This document shows positions 1-18,911 of a stretch of DNA of 64,000 nucleotides, one piece after another. Origin of the DNA: the human T2T-CHM13v2.0 reference genome, Homo sapiens; assembly GCF_009914755.1 (NCBI RefSeq), contig NC_060944.1; one strand, 5' to 3'. Both the position numbers and the translations under genes were made by a program. The first letter of the stretch is position 1; every line of letters begins with the position of its first letter. The notes below the pieces were generated by a model, which ran no database searches, had not been told where the DNA came from, and saw nothing but the letters and a program-made list of their open reading frames with translations.

Positions 1-309
1 GAGAGCGCTACTGGCGATTTTCGGACCGAATCGGCACGCTCGTCAGATCCAAGCAGGCGGGACTGGCCTGGAGCAAAAAGAAAGAGAGAGGAGGGCGTAA
101 GGATAGACCAAGGAAGAGGGGCTGGGGGGCAGCCTGGGGGCATGAAAAGTGGCCAGGAAGGAGCCAAGACTCCACCAGCAACAATTGAGTTGCTTCAGCC
201 TCAGTCTAGGGTTCCTTCCAGGCCTTGAACCCCCCAACCTCACAAGGGTTGGAAAGTGAGGCCGGTGAACTTTCCAGCTGGTACTTTGATTTTAAAATAA
301 TAATAATAA

Positions 310-2607
<2,298 letters not shown>

Positions 2608-2672
2608 TAACTGCCCTGGGAGCGGGAGGGGATCTTTGGTGGATTCGGGTGGCCGAAGTATATGCCCTCCAG

Positions 2673-2763
2673 GGAGAAAAGTGGTGCCGAGCGACACTGA
2701 GGGTCGTTTCCGGCTGGACAGGCCAGCGCCAGCAACCGTAAGCTGGACAGGCAGGGGCTTCAG
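2673..2763 (+). CDS. GNAS: Cassette exon A20 (91 nt) of truncated XL isoforms
   Basis: CCTCCAG|GGAGAAAA ... GGCTTCAG|GTGAGC. After XL it reads GRKVVPSDTEGRFRLDRPAPATVSWTGRGF, which I recognise from the truncated XL isoform. Confidence 0.8.
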
Positions 2764-3265
2764 GTGAGCCAGGAACTGCCGGGGAGGGGCCCCGGGGCCC
2801 CGGGACTCCCCTGGCTAGGCTGGTGGGGTCCACGGTGGGCTGGGGTCATTGGGGAAGGCGCGCCCCGCCTCGCCTGGCACGGCTGCTTGGACTCAGACAG
2901 CTTGTCGTTGGTGTGTGTTGGTGTCCATATTCTGTGTTCGCCTGTGCATGATACGCTGAAGTGTCCCCTGTTCCTATCCCGGCACCCCCAAATTACCCGC
3001 CGACTGTGTACTTGTACTTGGGAACGGGCTGTGTTGTGGTTTGCGCCATGGCCCGGGCAAAAAACTTTCGCTGTTCGCACACTCTGGTGGTACCTGCGCC
3101 CGGGCGCTCTGCGGCAAGCGGTGCGGAGGACACGCGGGGAAGGTGGCGGGGCCTCCCGGGAAATAAGCGGGGCCCTTGGCCTGGGGGAGCGGGGAATCGC
3201 TTTTCGCCGGCCTCCGCGTAACCTTGTTTCTGTATGTCTTTCTCTCTTTTTCCTTTTGCGCTAAG

Positions 3266-3332
3266 CGTTTCCTCACTTCTCATTCGTTCGCCAAACCCTC
3301 CCGCCTTTACAGTTGAAAAACCAGACACACAG
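3266..3332 (+). CDS. GNAS: Cassette exon A21 (67 nt); XL+A20+A21 enters exon 2 out of frame, ending [10 protein letters not shown] (752 aa)
   Basis: Pyrimidine tract then CTAAG|CGTTTCC ... ACACAG|GTATCT. Reads SVSSLLIRSPNPPAFTVEKPDTQ; stop TGA at 42773-42775 in exon 2. Confidence 0.8.
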
Positions 3333-6287
3333 GTATCTGGGGCGCCCGGGGCTGCACACCTCAGTTCGGTATTCTGCACACACACAGCTCGCCTGGTCGG
3401 GGGATGGGGGAAAGGGGAAACACAACCTGCTGTAGGCAAGTCCGGATCCCAAACCACTTGGGGGCTGGTTCCAAGGGGGTGGGCGTGGCTGTGTTTAAAA
3501 AATATGAAATAATTTTTCTTCCTAGCGAAGAGCCCGAGGTAAGCCAATCATTTTTACAAAGAGTACAGTAGGAGGGGCTTGGTTTAAAAAGATGGGGGTT
3601 ATGTGTTGTGAGTGGAATGTCACCTTTGTGTTTGAAATGCAACTAAAATAAAAGTTTTCAAAAAATGCTCTGAGTGTATTTGAAGTGTGTGGACAAAGTA
3701 TGGCAAAACCGTGAATATGACTTGTGAAAACAAGTAAATGTTTGCATGTGAATTTTTTCAGGCAGCTTTAGCTGGGGGCAAAGAGGCTTGTCAAAGGTAA
3801 GGTCTTCTGCAAATTGGCTCTGGATACAAAAAATATATAAAGGTATTTTGATTACAGAAGTTAAAAATCATGATATTCTTGTCAGGAGGGTATTTTGGTG
3901 GCCTTCTACCTTCCCCCTCCTCCTCTGCTCACATTTCCCCACCTCTCGGTGCCCTCCCCTCTCCAGGATCCCCCTCCTCACCCCACAGCAAGACCCTCTC
4001 CTGTATCTCCCAGTCTTTCCCTGGCCATTCCCAGTTCCCCACCCTCCCCCCAGCCCCCCAAGACTTCTTAACTTCAAATCTGGGGCATTAAATATTTTTG
4101 CCACATTTAAACAAAGCATCAATTAGCAATGGTCTGAATATGTGGTTTAAATGAAAACTTCCAAACAAACTTCACAAGCTTAATTTTTACATTTTATTCT
4201 CTAAGACTTTCTCTAAGACCTTCCAAGGGATTTCAAGATCACAGTTTTTAAGGCTGCGCTACATTTGTTAAATATGTTAGAATGTGTGATGGTTTTTTAT
4301 TAATGGCATTATTGGCATATAACTGTGCTATTGTGATGTGGCTCTCACAAATCACAATTTTAAATGTGAGGATCATTTTGTGTATGCCCATCCAGGTAGA
4401 TCATGACATTGTCATTTACCTAAAGACATATAATATGGTCGTTGTTTTAAATTTCAAATGTCTCAACTACACTAAAGCTACCAAACATTAAATGACAATG
4501 CACTGGTTTCCCTGCAGACAACTGATTTTGCCATAACAGACCCATTTCAATATTCCAAGCACAGCTCTGGGAAGCAAACCTGTAGATTGGGGGTGGGAGG
4601 ACATAAATGCATACAGACAGGAGACCCAAGTGACAGTGTGCACCTGACCCCTAATTGTCAAATTGGTGATGTGCCTTACATGCGGGGCCTCAGTTGCCTC
4701 CTTTGTGAAATGAAGCTTTCCTAGCAGATCTCCACTAAGGAATGCTTTTGCACCATGATTTGAGTCTTCTATTCTTCCTGGAGGTGGGGGGTGGAGGAGA
4801 CACAGTCTACTTACATCAGGACTGGAGACTTATACCATAGATTGTGCAGCCATCAATCCTGCAGCAAACTGTCCATGTTTGGGACCAGTCTTAAGAATAT
4901 TAGAAGTTTCCTTTGTCTCCCCTTATTTTGTCACCAGGAGTAAAAATTAACTTTAAGAAAAGGAAATTTGCTGGGGTCACCTTGTACCTTGTCCTGGCTT
5001 TGTTCTCGGGTGCTGGTAGCCAAACACCTTTGGATGCAGCATAGTCCAGAAGGTGGGCTGGCAAACCATGGGCCATGTCTAACATAAGCCTGAAATATGA
5101 TAGCCAGTGTTAGCTGCTAGCTGAAACTGTACCACTGCAGTTTGTCAAAGCAGGCTACAGTTTTTGACCAGGCTTCCTTTTGCAGAGGTGACGTACCTCT
5201 TCTGGACCTGAATTATTGATGGGGGACAGGGAGAGGAGGAAGGATGAGGACTTACTCACATGTAGGACAAGACTTTTTACTAACTTTTTAGTCCCAACAT
5301 ATAAAACAAGACATCCATACATCCCTACCACTGAAAATGCAGATCAAATGGCTGTCCTTTGATATGGTTGCTAATTTGTGACATGCAGATTCATCTGTTG
5401 CTTGAAAAAATGTATGTTCATGTGCTTATCCTTTCTGTTTTTATTGCCGGGACAATTTAATCTCATTACAGGGAATCCTAAGAAATCAAAGAGAGAGAGA
5501 GAGAGAGAAAGATAGATAGAAATCAGTAATATGATTAAAATTCTAAAATATCTAAAGAGTTCTTTTTAAAGAAGCCTTTTTCTTACTCAACACTATCCAC
5601 CAATAGACTGTTTCCATGTTTCTGTTACGTTTTTAAATAATTTTGGTGGCTTAAACATTTTTTAAAACTTCATTTAGGTGTGATTTCCTCCTTAAGAACT
5701 GAATGGGGCTAATAGATCAGAGTTTCTTAGTATCTGCCACATTTATTAAAATTGTGTAGGCAAATGCTATATATAATAATGGCTATTCTGCTATGATGCT
5801 TTATTTATACAGTGAATCACAATTAATTGTATGATTATTTATGCCACCAAGTGCAACAGTATGCATTGTATTCCATCTTGCAGAAGCACCTTTTTATTTT
5901 TCTTTTCTCTCTCTCTCTCTCTCTTTTTTAACATACAGCCATTTTTTTATATTCTAAATGCCTCCACTGAGCTTTTGGTGTGGTAGGAAGGACATGGCTT
6001 ATCAGGCCACAAAATTTTGGAGTCCAGATAGATTTATTATTTTCTCTTTTCAGTCTCCTAGTAAGATTCATGCTTCTCAAAGTCTGAAATTCTACCTTGG
6101 TTTTAATTCTTACAGATTTCTCTCAAAAAAAATTTTCCCATATAGGTAGATTAATGTTTAAAATTTACCCCCATTATTTACAATGGAAAACTGGTTTTAA
6201 GCAAAAAGAATTGGGGGTCATCCCCTTACTGTATGTATCCTCCTAACTTGAAAAGGAAAATCTCACTGCTCTCAGTATGATTAGTAA

Positions 6288-6615
<328 letters not shown>

Positions 6616-6747
6616 ACATTTTACATTTTTTAAAGCCTTTCATCTAGTCATATTTGTCTCTTGAAACAGTCCTGGGCAATAAAAACGTGATAGGGCCCCA
6701 TTTCATAGGCAAATAAACCAAAAGCTCAGAGATTAAATATCAGACAC

Positions 6748-7042
6748 TTTTTTTTTTTTTTTTGAGAAGGAGTCTCGCTCTATCGCCCAGGCTGGAGTGC
6801 GATGGTGTGATTTTGGCTCACTACAACCTCTGCCTCCTGGGTTCAAGCGATTCTCCTGCCTCAGCCTCCTGAGTAGCTAGGATTACAGGTGCATGCACCA
6901 TGCCCGGCTAATTTTTGTATTGTTAGTAGAGATGGGGTTTCACCATGTTGGTCAGGCTGGTCTCAAACTCCTGACCTCGTGATCCGCCCGCCTCAGCCTC
7001 CCAAAGTTCTGGGATTACAGGCATGAGCCATCGCGCCCGGCC
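6748..7042 (-). mobile_element. Alu (AluS-like)
   Basis: Poly-T followed by a full reverse Alu ending CGCGCCCGGCC. Confidence 0.93.
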
Positions 7043-7456
7043 ATAAGGCACTTTTACTCAAAGACTGCAAGGTAGGTAAAGGATCACAAATTTCAAATTC
7101 AGATAATGCTTACCAGAAATGTGATGATAAGCTATAAAGCATTATTTAAATGTAAAGCATGATTATTCTAAGTATACTATGTGCTCTTAAAATCCCTTGC
7201 CAAATGACACGTGTCGAGTAGTCTGCTACTTTCTGAATTATAGCAAAACGCACAGATCCCTGGTTATAAATGTCCATTGAGTATACATGAAACATGAGCT
7301 CCCCCATTTCTGAGATGGCTGTCATTGCTTTGGTAATATTTCATTTACACATTTGCTTTAACTCATCTGCCAGCACTGCAACGTTGCAGTCTTAGTTTGT
7401 TGGGCTACTGTTTTCCTTTTTTTTTTTTTAAATGCAGGTTTTTTTAAAAGTTTTTT

Positions 7457-7488
<32 letters not shown>

Positions 7489-7779
7489 GCAGGGTCTAAA
7501 GCTTTTCTTCTTGTTTAGGTTTCCACTAAATAATAATTAATCATTATAATAATAAAATGCAGTTACTTTTCTGCATAGCTCTATTATAAGTATAGCGTTA
7601 GAATGTTTAGAATCCTGGTCTGGATCTCATGATCTTATCAAAATAACTCTGCTCCATAGTCTTTGTAGTGATTTTTTTTTAAAAGTATGCCTTACTTCTA
7701 GTCCAGGCTAATTTCCATTTAGCAAGAGTCAGTGCGTGGTCTTAGAAATCACCTTTGACTTTTATGCAGGAAGGTTAGT

Positions 7780-8105
<326 letters not shown>

Positions 8106-8722
8106 TAAATTTATTTTTAGAGAAGGTAACCTAGATTTGAAATTCCCAAAGGCAGCCATGCTCCTTCTTCTTTTTAGAGTTAGTTTTTCCTCCAAATAAA
8201 ACTTACCCCCAACCCCAGCAAAATTGTGGCTCTTCAAATGCCTCTAAATAACTCTCAGGAGACACATCAGTAGTGAACAACAATTCGTTTCTACACTTCT
8301 TGGTTTCTTTTAGCTGTAGTAGCAAATGTGAGGTTCCTCTCAAACCCACTCACGCCATTTGCCCATTTAAAAATCAAATTTCTCAGGAGGAGTAGCAATT
8401 TTCAAGAGAGAAGGGACAGGGCCAATTGATGTCACAAGGTCCTCACCATCAATTAAGACAAGTCAACGGAGGGAACTAAAAGCACTGGGCAGCCTAATTG
8501 ACCATCTCTGACCCCTTGGAATAGGGACTAGGAGACTCTGGCCCTAACACGCACCTTCACAGATTTCATTAAATTAGACTGAATGGAGCTTTTGTTCCCA
8601 TCAGATTCCTGTTCTGGCCTGTGGTCACCCTAAGCATAAGATCATGTTCTCTTTAGGAAGGAAGAGGAGAATGGACCTGAGCCTCTCTTTGGGAGTTCTG
8701 CTGAAAAGTCTGCAAGTCCTAA

Positions 8723-9160
<438 letters not shown>

Positions 9161-9238
9161 TAGAAGCAGTTACAATTTGAGAAATCTGGAGTCTTTTTTA
9201 AAGGGTAACATGTTCAACCCAGTGCTTGGCACATATAA

Positions 9239-9734
<496 letters not shown>

Positions 9735-11949
9735 TAACATGTAAGTTCTAAAAGTGCCAGCCATCTCATTCTGTCTTTCTGTCTCCACCTTTCAGAGTAC
9801 ATTCTTTGTTTACATTTTGTAAATAAAGGTCAACTCAAGCAGTAGACGAATGCCACCTTGCCACATTTATAATTGTGTGAAGTCACTCTCAGGTGAATGA
9901 TGTGCCAGAGAGAGATGAGGAGATAACTTACTTTTTGACTTGTCCTGTAAAAGTGTCACCTGTCACCCCTGCCTATCCAGCTCCCCCTTCTGTTTTGATT
10001 AGCTCCTAACTATAAATCAACTCAATACCGAGGCTGAGCTCAAGGACCTGAGCTTGGATTGTTCTATGGTTATTACACATGAAAAAAAAAAAAAAAAGAA
10101 AGAAAGAAAATGTGTTTAGTTTCCTTTCCAACAGCCAGATGGTGAACCAGGCCAGCTCATGGGAATTGAAGATGAAGAGACCTCCAAGAAAGAGGTAGGG
10201 AACAACACAACAAAACAATGTTTGACTTTTCATTATGTTGATCGTCACATGCTCTTTGAGCACACACGAGTCACACACCTTTCAAGTTAGAATCAGTGGA
10301 GCGCTTTTCTACATGCAACAACTGGGAGCTATGCTATGGGAAGAATGTTAGGCAACTGATCTGTGACAGGGCAATGGAAATTAAGGGAGTGTGCCTCTGT
10401 TGTACTTCCTTAGAGTAAAATCCCAAATTGCATTGCAGAGTAATTTGTTAAACCTCAGGAGTATTTAAATTCAGGAGTATTTTGACTTGTGGAGTTCTGC
10501 CCACAGAACTGCACATTCGATCTTACTAAATGTTTTTTAATGATTCAATTTGGGGCGAGGAGAGAGGTATAAAGGTAGTATAAATTGTTATCCAATCTCA
10601 AATTTATTATGAGTCAGTCAATGTTTCCGACATTGTCACACACACACTGTGTGTGGGACAGAGTAAGTACTTTTAACTTCCTTTAATGAGTTGATAATGG
10701 GAAGGAAAAAAATCTCTGTACTACTTTCTAAAGAGTGTCACAGTTGAGCTTTCACAAGCTCAGTGTCACCACTGAGTGAGCATCGATTCTTACAAGGAAA
10801 TTAAGACTTGGGCTGCAAGAGCCTCGCCTCTCTCTTCTGATTTATCTGGCTCTTGCCTCTCCCCCTCCATCAAAAGACCACACTATCTCTCTCCTCTTTT
10901 CCATTTGAACGATTTTGCCATTCATCAAACTGATTGCTAATGTGCAAATTACATGATGGTATTTTTACAGGGAACCTGCATTCAGGTAAGTTTGAAGCTG
11001 TGGGATATTTGAGGGGGAAAAAATGAATAATGCTTATCATGATCCACAGAAACTAAAGTCAGGCATTGTAGGACAGTCCAGAACCCAAGAAGGGCCATGG
11101 ACAGGACCCTTCCAAAGGAAAGAGAATCTCGTGTCCCGTGTGTTAGCGAGTATCCATTCCAGCTCCCCCAGGGCTCTGGGACCCACATATCTGTGCCTCC
11201 ATTTTTCTAGGGTTGTAGTAGCTGGTGGTCCAGTTGAAAAAAATGAAAACAGGAAACCTGTCAAGAATAGATAGTGTTATTTAGGAAGTATATAGGTACT
11301 TACATTACTGAGACCACTTGAACACATCCTTTTAAATAGATACCTTTTTTAAAATCTATGGTTATGTAACATCTGTGTCCGAGGGATTTAAGCAGAAAGC
11401 CCTGTGGGTTTCTCTTTTCAAAAGACAGACCTTATTTATAATCAGCCCCTCGATTTTTTTGGGGGGGCCTTCATGGGCTTTTGAAATCTTAGGAAGTGTC
11501 CATCCTAATTCCTTATAGCTGCTCTTTCTGTGGCTCTACTAGGGCCTTCAAGATGCTGAATTCACTTATTAATTAAATCATTGACGTCATTCAGGGGGTT
11601 CCTTTTGCCCACTGCCCCCCAACATGGGAATTTTTAAATGACTGGCTCTAGAAGGGCCCAAAGATGGTGAAGGTGAATTGATATTTCAGGTGACCACTAG
11701 ATGGTGAGACAGTATAAGGCAGAAAACAGGTGGCACGTGTCTGTGAAAATGAGAGGGATGGCCAGGGCTGGCAAAGGCAAAGAAGGGTCCCCCTTGACTT
11801 TTAATGCCAGCCCCCACCCCAGGACAGACCTTGGATTCAAATAGGCCCCAAAGCTTTAGCCAGACCAGCTTTTTACTTTTACGCTGTGACTTCTCCTAGT
11901 TAGCTATATGCCAGGATTTTAGAAGCATTTTGGGGGGCTCAGTCTAACA

Positions 11950-12047
11950 GAGGGGTCCTCCAAGTGGCTTTATTGACATTTTTTCATGGGGTGGTTGTCC
12001 TATGCACTGTGGGATGTGTAGCAGCATCTCTGACCCCTACCTACCAG

Positions 12048-12083
<36 letters not shown>

Positions 12084-12169
12084 ACGCACGCACACTCTCT
12101 CTCTCTCTCTCTGACAACCAAAACTGTTTCTAGTCATTGCCAAATGTCACCCCTCATTGATAACTACTG
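11950..12169 (-). mobile_element. MER20-like DNA transposon relic interrupted by a (CA)n(CT)n microsatellite at ~12048-12111
   Basis: TATTGACATTTT...GTCCTATGCACTGTGGGATGTGTAGCAGCATC...TGACAACCAAAA...CATTGCCAAATGTC matches the reverse MER20 consensus as I recall it. Confidence 0.7.
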
Positions 12170-12254
12170 CCCTAACATCATCAGTATCAAATTCTGGGGA
12201 CAGTTCAAGATCATACATACTGTAACTTGCGTATCTTAAAAATATATATATTGG

Positions 12255-12660
<406 letters not shown>

Positions 12661-12702
12661 TACTTTTTTTTTTCCAGAGAAAAGTTTGTCCACTGCAGTT
12701 AC

Positions 12703-12859
<157 letters not shown>

Positions 12860-15100
12860 CTGCAGAAGTAATTTCTAGAAATCTCAGAGAAGAAAGTGAC
12901 CCAGATGACCCTAACTAGAATAGAAAAGGAAATTATTTCAGGGAAGTAAATAGTGAGCTGACTTTGATTAACCAAGTCAGTCCCATAGCTAGGCTAAATC
13001 AATGCTTAAATAGCCTTTACCCTTAAATGATCACATCTTCCACTTAGGGTTTCTTAAGGATGCCTTTTCCTGTAGCAGGCTAGGAATTCTCTCTCTGACT
13101 GGTGCACACTCAATTAATTCACTCTGCATTGTAGAGAAGGATGCCAAGACACGAAGGACCCATCTGTCAGATGGCTGCTGACAACGTATCAGCTCTAGGG
13201 TGGCAGGAGCCCCACTTTATATGTGTTCCCCAAAACAACAGCAGAGCCTTTAACTGATAATGTGTACACACCAGCAAGCAGTGTGTGGGCCCCAGTTGCT
13301 GGGTCTCCCTAGTCTCAGGCCCATAGAGAACCAGCCTACTGCATGGAGGTGACCTATAAACTTTCAGCAACTGATCTTTCAAGACAGACAGTTAGATTGC
13401 AGGAGAGAGGGGCAGTGGAAGGAACGGCTCTGAATGACTGGACTGAGAAAGAGCATAAGATCTCTCAGGAATAATACATAGCTAAGCCAATAGAAGTAAC
13501 AATCCAAGGACATTTCCTGGTCAAGAGTCTTGCGCTTGGTCTCTGATAAAGTGGACACCCCCTTCTCCATCCTAGGGCAGACTCTGTAACCATTATTTCT
13601 TGGAATAATCATAATAGGACTAAATTGTGATCTTAATTTTAAACAGTGGTCTAAGCCCCTAATTTGCATCTGACCAGCCTCTCTCAAGTAACCATTATGG
13701 AAGGGGACTTTATAACTTCTTTGTTATATTTTGACATAACACATTTACATTTTTGCCCCCATTTGGTCTTTCTATAGAGTTTTCAGATTGTAACATCTGA
13801 ATTCATCTCATCAAGTTTTCAAATTGAAACATCTGATTGTAACAACTGAAACAGATTCATTAGGGATCTAATTTTTTCAAACAAAGGAGATTTTTTTCTT
13901 TTTTTTTTTTCCCTAGGGAGTTTCAAATTTATGACCTCTGACTTCATTGCAAAGGCCAGAAAAATAAATAAATAGATAGACAATGACCACTCTCCACTCC
14001 AGACATGCAGGTGTATTTCAACACTTTAGCTTTTACTATCAGGATTTCTTTAGGGGAAGGTGTAGAAATATATTGGTAGTTTGATAAATTATATATCAGA
14101 CATGTAAAATTTAAAGTATCATTTGAAATCAAAACTTGTCTGAAGACTAGCTTTTTATGTCACAAGTTCAGCTAAGCAAAGTGTCCCCTAACTATAAAAC
14201 CTCCTTACTGCAGAATCCTAGAAATTACCAAAGGCAAGCTTCTTGAATGTTGATTTTGAAATTTTGCCTGCGAAAGTGCAACATCTTTCCAAGCAAATGC
14301 TTAGAAGACTCAGGGCAGAACCCAAAAACAAATGCCAGACGTTAGGGGAAAATTTTTAAAAGTTGGATTGCCAGAAAACTTCTAGCTATTTATAATTAAG
14401 CATTTTTAGCTGCTAAAAGGAAGCACATTAGATCATTTTGTTTTGCAAAACAAATGGCCAGTGTGGGTTTTAGGATGGACACTCCCAGGAGGGCTCCCCT
14501 TTCTGAGTGGGAGTCTTTGGAAATGTTCCTGATGGGATCCAGTCATTCTGGAGCGCTCTTACGAAATCGTTCATCCTAGGGCAGTTTGGTGTTTGTGAGC
14601 TTACAGCGTTTACTCCTTGCTGTCTTCTACCATAGGTCTGATCTGATGGGGGAGGCAGTGGGCAGAGGAGCTCCAGCTCTTTGGGAGGGTCCTAGAATAG
14701 TACAAACAGCACTGGGTTAGAAGTTGGGGGTTCTCATTCCTGGGACCTTGGTTGATTATAGAACTTTATTCTAGGATTCCATGAATTTGCCAAGCTGACA
14801 TCGGGAAAAGGCTAAAGTTTGATTCTTGAAAGTATTGACAAGGCCCCATTTAGGAATGATTCTGCCAAGTATTCCTGGGGTCCTGCCATGGTCAGGAGAG
14901 CACCTTAAATTTGATGAGTTGTCAGGGAAGAAGCAGAGGGTATCTCTGTGTTCAGCTTTATGTATGAGAAAGTCAAGACACAAGATGGGGGCAGGACAGG
15001 GACAGCTTGAGAAAGGAGGCTTGAGATTGAGACTTGGAACTCAGGTGCCAGGGATGAATCCAAAAGGCTTGCAGGCATCTCAGCCTCAGACTTAAGCTAA

Positions 15101-15633
<533 letters not shown>

Positions 15634-18457
15634 TAAGGCAGGCTCAAAGTGGGGCATCTGCTCGCCACAAGAAGGTGAGAGGTCAGAAAGAAGAAGCAAG
15701 ACCATTAGGGCTGCCTTAGTTGAAGAAAGGGGGCTCATCTCTCATTTTCTCAGAAGTTTCACAATCCAGAAAGGGGAGAACGGAAAGCAGCCTCCTAAGG
15801 AGTTCTCGAATTTCTTTCTCACTTTTCCTTTGTTTTCTCGCTCTCTCACTCTCTTCTAAGATTTATTTTTAAATGGGGTTCTTATTTTGGGGGGACTTTC
15901 TGAGCAGGAACTACCTTTTTTTTGGAGGGAAATAAATGAGAACACAAATTATTCAGGGCTGGGAAGTGGAAACAATGAAAGAAAGCAAGGCTACTCAGAA
16001 CCGGCTGGCAGATGGCGCTCGGCTTTTACGATTGACAGCCTGGCTTTCAAAAATTCACCCTTGCGCCGGCGCCTAAGGCAGAACCCGCATCCCCCTCCCT
16101 AAATCCTCCTTCCCAAGGACACGGCCCCTGCCCCTAAGGCTGAGGAATGTTTTTAAAAGGTTTCAGTTGAGCAATTGACATCTAAGGACAAATCCCGGCA
16201 ACTTTTAACGAGTGGATCTGAAGATCTTAGCCAAGGCAGGAAAGCACACGATCAGGTAACCTCCAGATTCACAGCCCTGGTGCCCCGGTTCTCCTGGGAA
16301 CTGGTCCTGAGATCTTGGACAAATCCCTGGTTCTAGTTTTTCTCAATTGAAAAAACAGGAGGGATGTCTTTCTCACTTTAAAACTTATTTAATTATCTTA
16401 TAAAGTTTCAATAGATGAGGTATGCCAACCCCCTATCCAACACAAATTTTTTTAAATGTCTGTTCCAAAATGGCAGATTGTATAGGAAATCAAATGGTAG
16501 GGCCCTCTGTTGTCCTTTGGTAAATAATTAATAGTTTCTGGGTCCCAATCACCGGGAGAATCTTTGTGGGAGCAGAGTTTGGTGGTAAACTCTTTCACAC
16601 CTCAATCAAGGGCTAGAAAAGAGGTTCATAGGTGAGCAGAGCTCCAGTTTCCACCAGGGAAATCTAAGGGGCCTACCTGGAGAAGTTAGCATTTAAGACA
16701 ATATGGAGAGATGAAGTAGAATTTGAGGTGCATGGTCAATGATTGTTTACAGAGAAGGGACTTGCTAGGGATACATCATTGCTTTTCCATTCATGCAAGT
16801 ATCATTGTGTTTTTCAGGATCTCTGAGACCTCAGGGCTAGTTTTAAGTTCTTCCCCTCCTCAACCCCTCTCCACTTCTCAGTGCTTCACGGCACACTGGG
16901 GCATTCTCACTAGCGAAGGTGTCCTCTCTAAGGATGGGACCCCTACTGTCCATCTCAGGCTCAGCACTGCCTTGGGGCAGGCCACTTCTGGCTTCTTTAG
17001 GCCTCGTTTCCACGGGAGGGGAAGCTGGGTCCGATGGTGTCTGGGTCAAATTCCTTGGTTCCAAGAACAGGTACCGTTGCCATTCCCTTCCATTTCTGCC
17101 CCCTGCACCACCCCACCCAGCAGCTGGAAAATGATGAGGTCATCTATTTGAGAAGGGCCACACAGGCCTCCCACACAAGGACCTACAAAGTCCTCCAATG
17201 GGAATTTATTTCTTTCTGATCAAATTTACCCTCCATACCCCATTCATATACACATTCTTTCTCCCCTCTCTCTTAAGATTGTAAAGTTAAAGAAACTGAA
17301 TACACAGGGTTGATTTAAGGTAAACGTCCCTCCCACCCATCTATTTAAAAAATTTTCTTTTACTTGATAACTTTCCTACAACATGATTCTCTTATGCCCA
17401 TATTCCTCTGAGGATTCTTTAAAGCTTTTCTTGCACTTTCTCCTCCTCACAGTCCCTGACTTCTAGCCCTGAGTGGTGGCTGAGGGCAGGTGACCCTGTA
17501 GACCGTGGGGAACAGAGGAGGCCAGGGCAGGTGGCTGCCTCTTTCCAACCTTTCCTGGGCCATGGGAGCTCCTCCCCACCAGAGGTCAGCAGAGAGCTCA
17601 GAATGGCTGGGTCTGCTCTCAGAAATTGGGATCTTGGAATTCTCTAGATGAAATGTAGGATGCCCAAATGGAAAAAAAGCCCCATGTTTCCAGGGTGTTT
17701 TGGTTGGGGCTCTCATCCTGTCTTGGGTCCCGGGGACCTTACTTTTAACACCAATACAGCCATTCTGTGCTTTTCTCAGGGGAGGGGTGGTTGGGGGTTT
17801 GGTCTGTTTATTTGGTGGCTTTCTTGGTCAGTCTTCTCCCTGCGCCAGACGCACAAATCCCTCCCTTAGAGGGAACCACACCCTCTTAGAACTCTCCCTT
17901 CTGGGGCCCAACTGCCCACTTTCGCTTCCCACATGACATGGAACCCACATCCCACACTTGGCCGGGCGCCTTTTCTTCTAGTTGTATTTATTGTTAAAAT
18001 GACATCATAATATTACAGGAAATCCCCCCAGCCTACCCTCACCCTGCTGTGATTTTACTGATCATTATCTCCCCCTGTTCTTTACTCAGGTGTATGCATA
18101 GTTTTGAGAGGGCATGAATCATGGTGTGCAGTTTCATATTAATCCCCCTGCTCCACAAACACACACTACAGGACAGTTTCCTTAGAGCTCTTCCATGTTC
18201 GCCATCGTCCTTCCACAGTTCTTTCACTTGTTCAGTCCTTTCGCTAGCGGGGAAGAGCAGGGAAAGAATTGAGGTTCCCTCCCTTTGTTTTTCCTTCTCT
18301 GATCTTTTGAAATCCCGGGGTCCTTGTGAACGACTCAGAAATTAAAACCAATTCCCTTTGGCCAGTTGTTTATTGTTGAAAGAGAGAGACAAAGAGAAAT
18401 TAAGGTGCAAACGGAAGGAAAGAAGTAAATAGAGATTAAATTTAAAAATTTGAAAGG

Positions 18458-18782
<325 letters not shown>

Positions 18783-18911
18783 GGGAGAGAGAGGAGGAAA
18801 AAAGAGGGAAAGGAAAGAGAGAAGGAAGGAAGAAGGAAGGGAGGGAGGAGGGAGGGGGAGAAAAGAAAAGAAAGGAAAAGAAAAAAGAGAAGAAAAGAAA
18901 AAAGAAAAGAG
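18783..18911 (+). repeat. Homopurine (GA-rich) low-complexity tract
   Basis: About 130 nt of only A/G continuing the Alu tail. Confidence 0.85.

Noticed and set aside
2738-2743. Internal donor GTAAGC in A20 (65 nt + A21 67 nt = 132 nt, frame-restoring)
   Set aside because: In that phase A21 contains TGA (CTT TAC AGT TGA), so no full-length insertion isoform results
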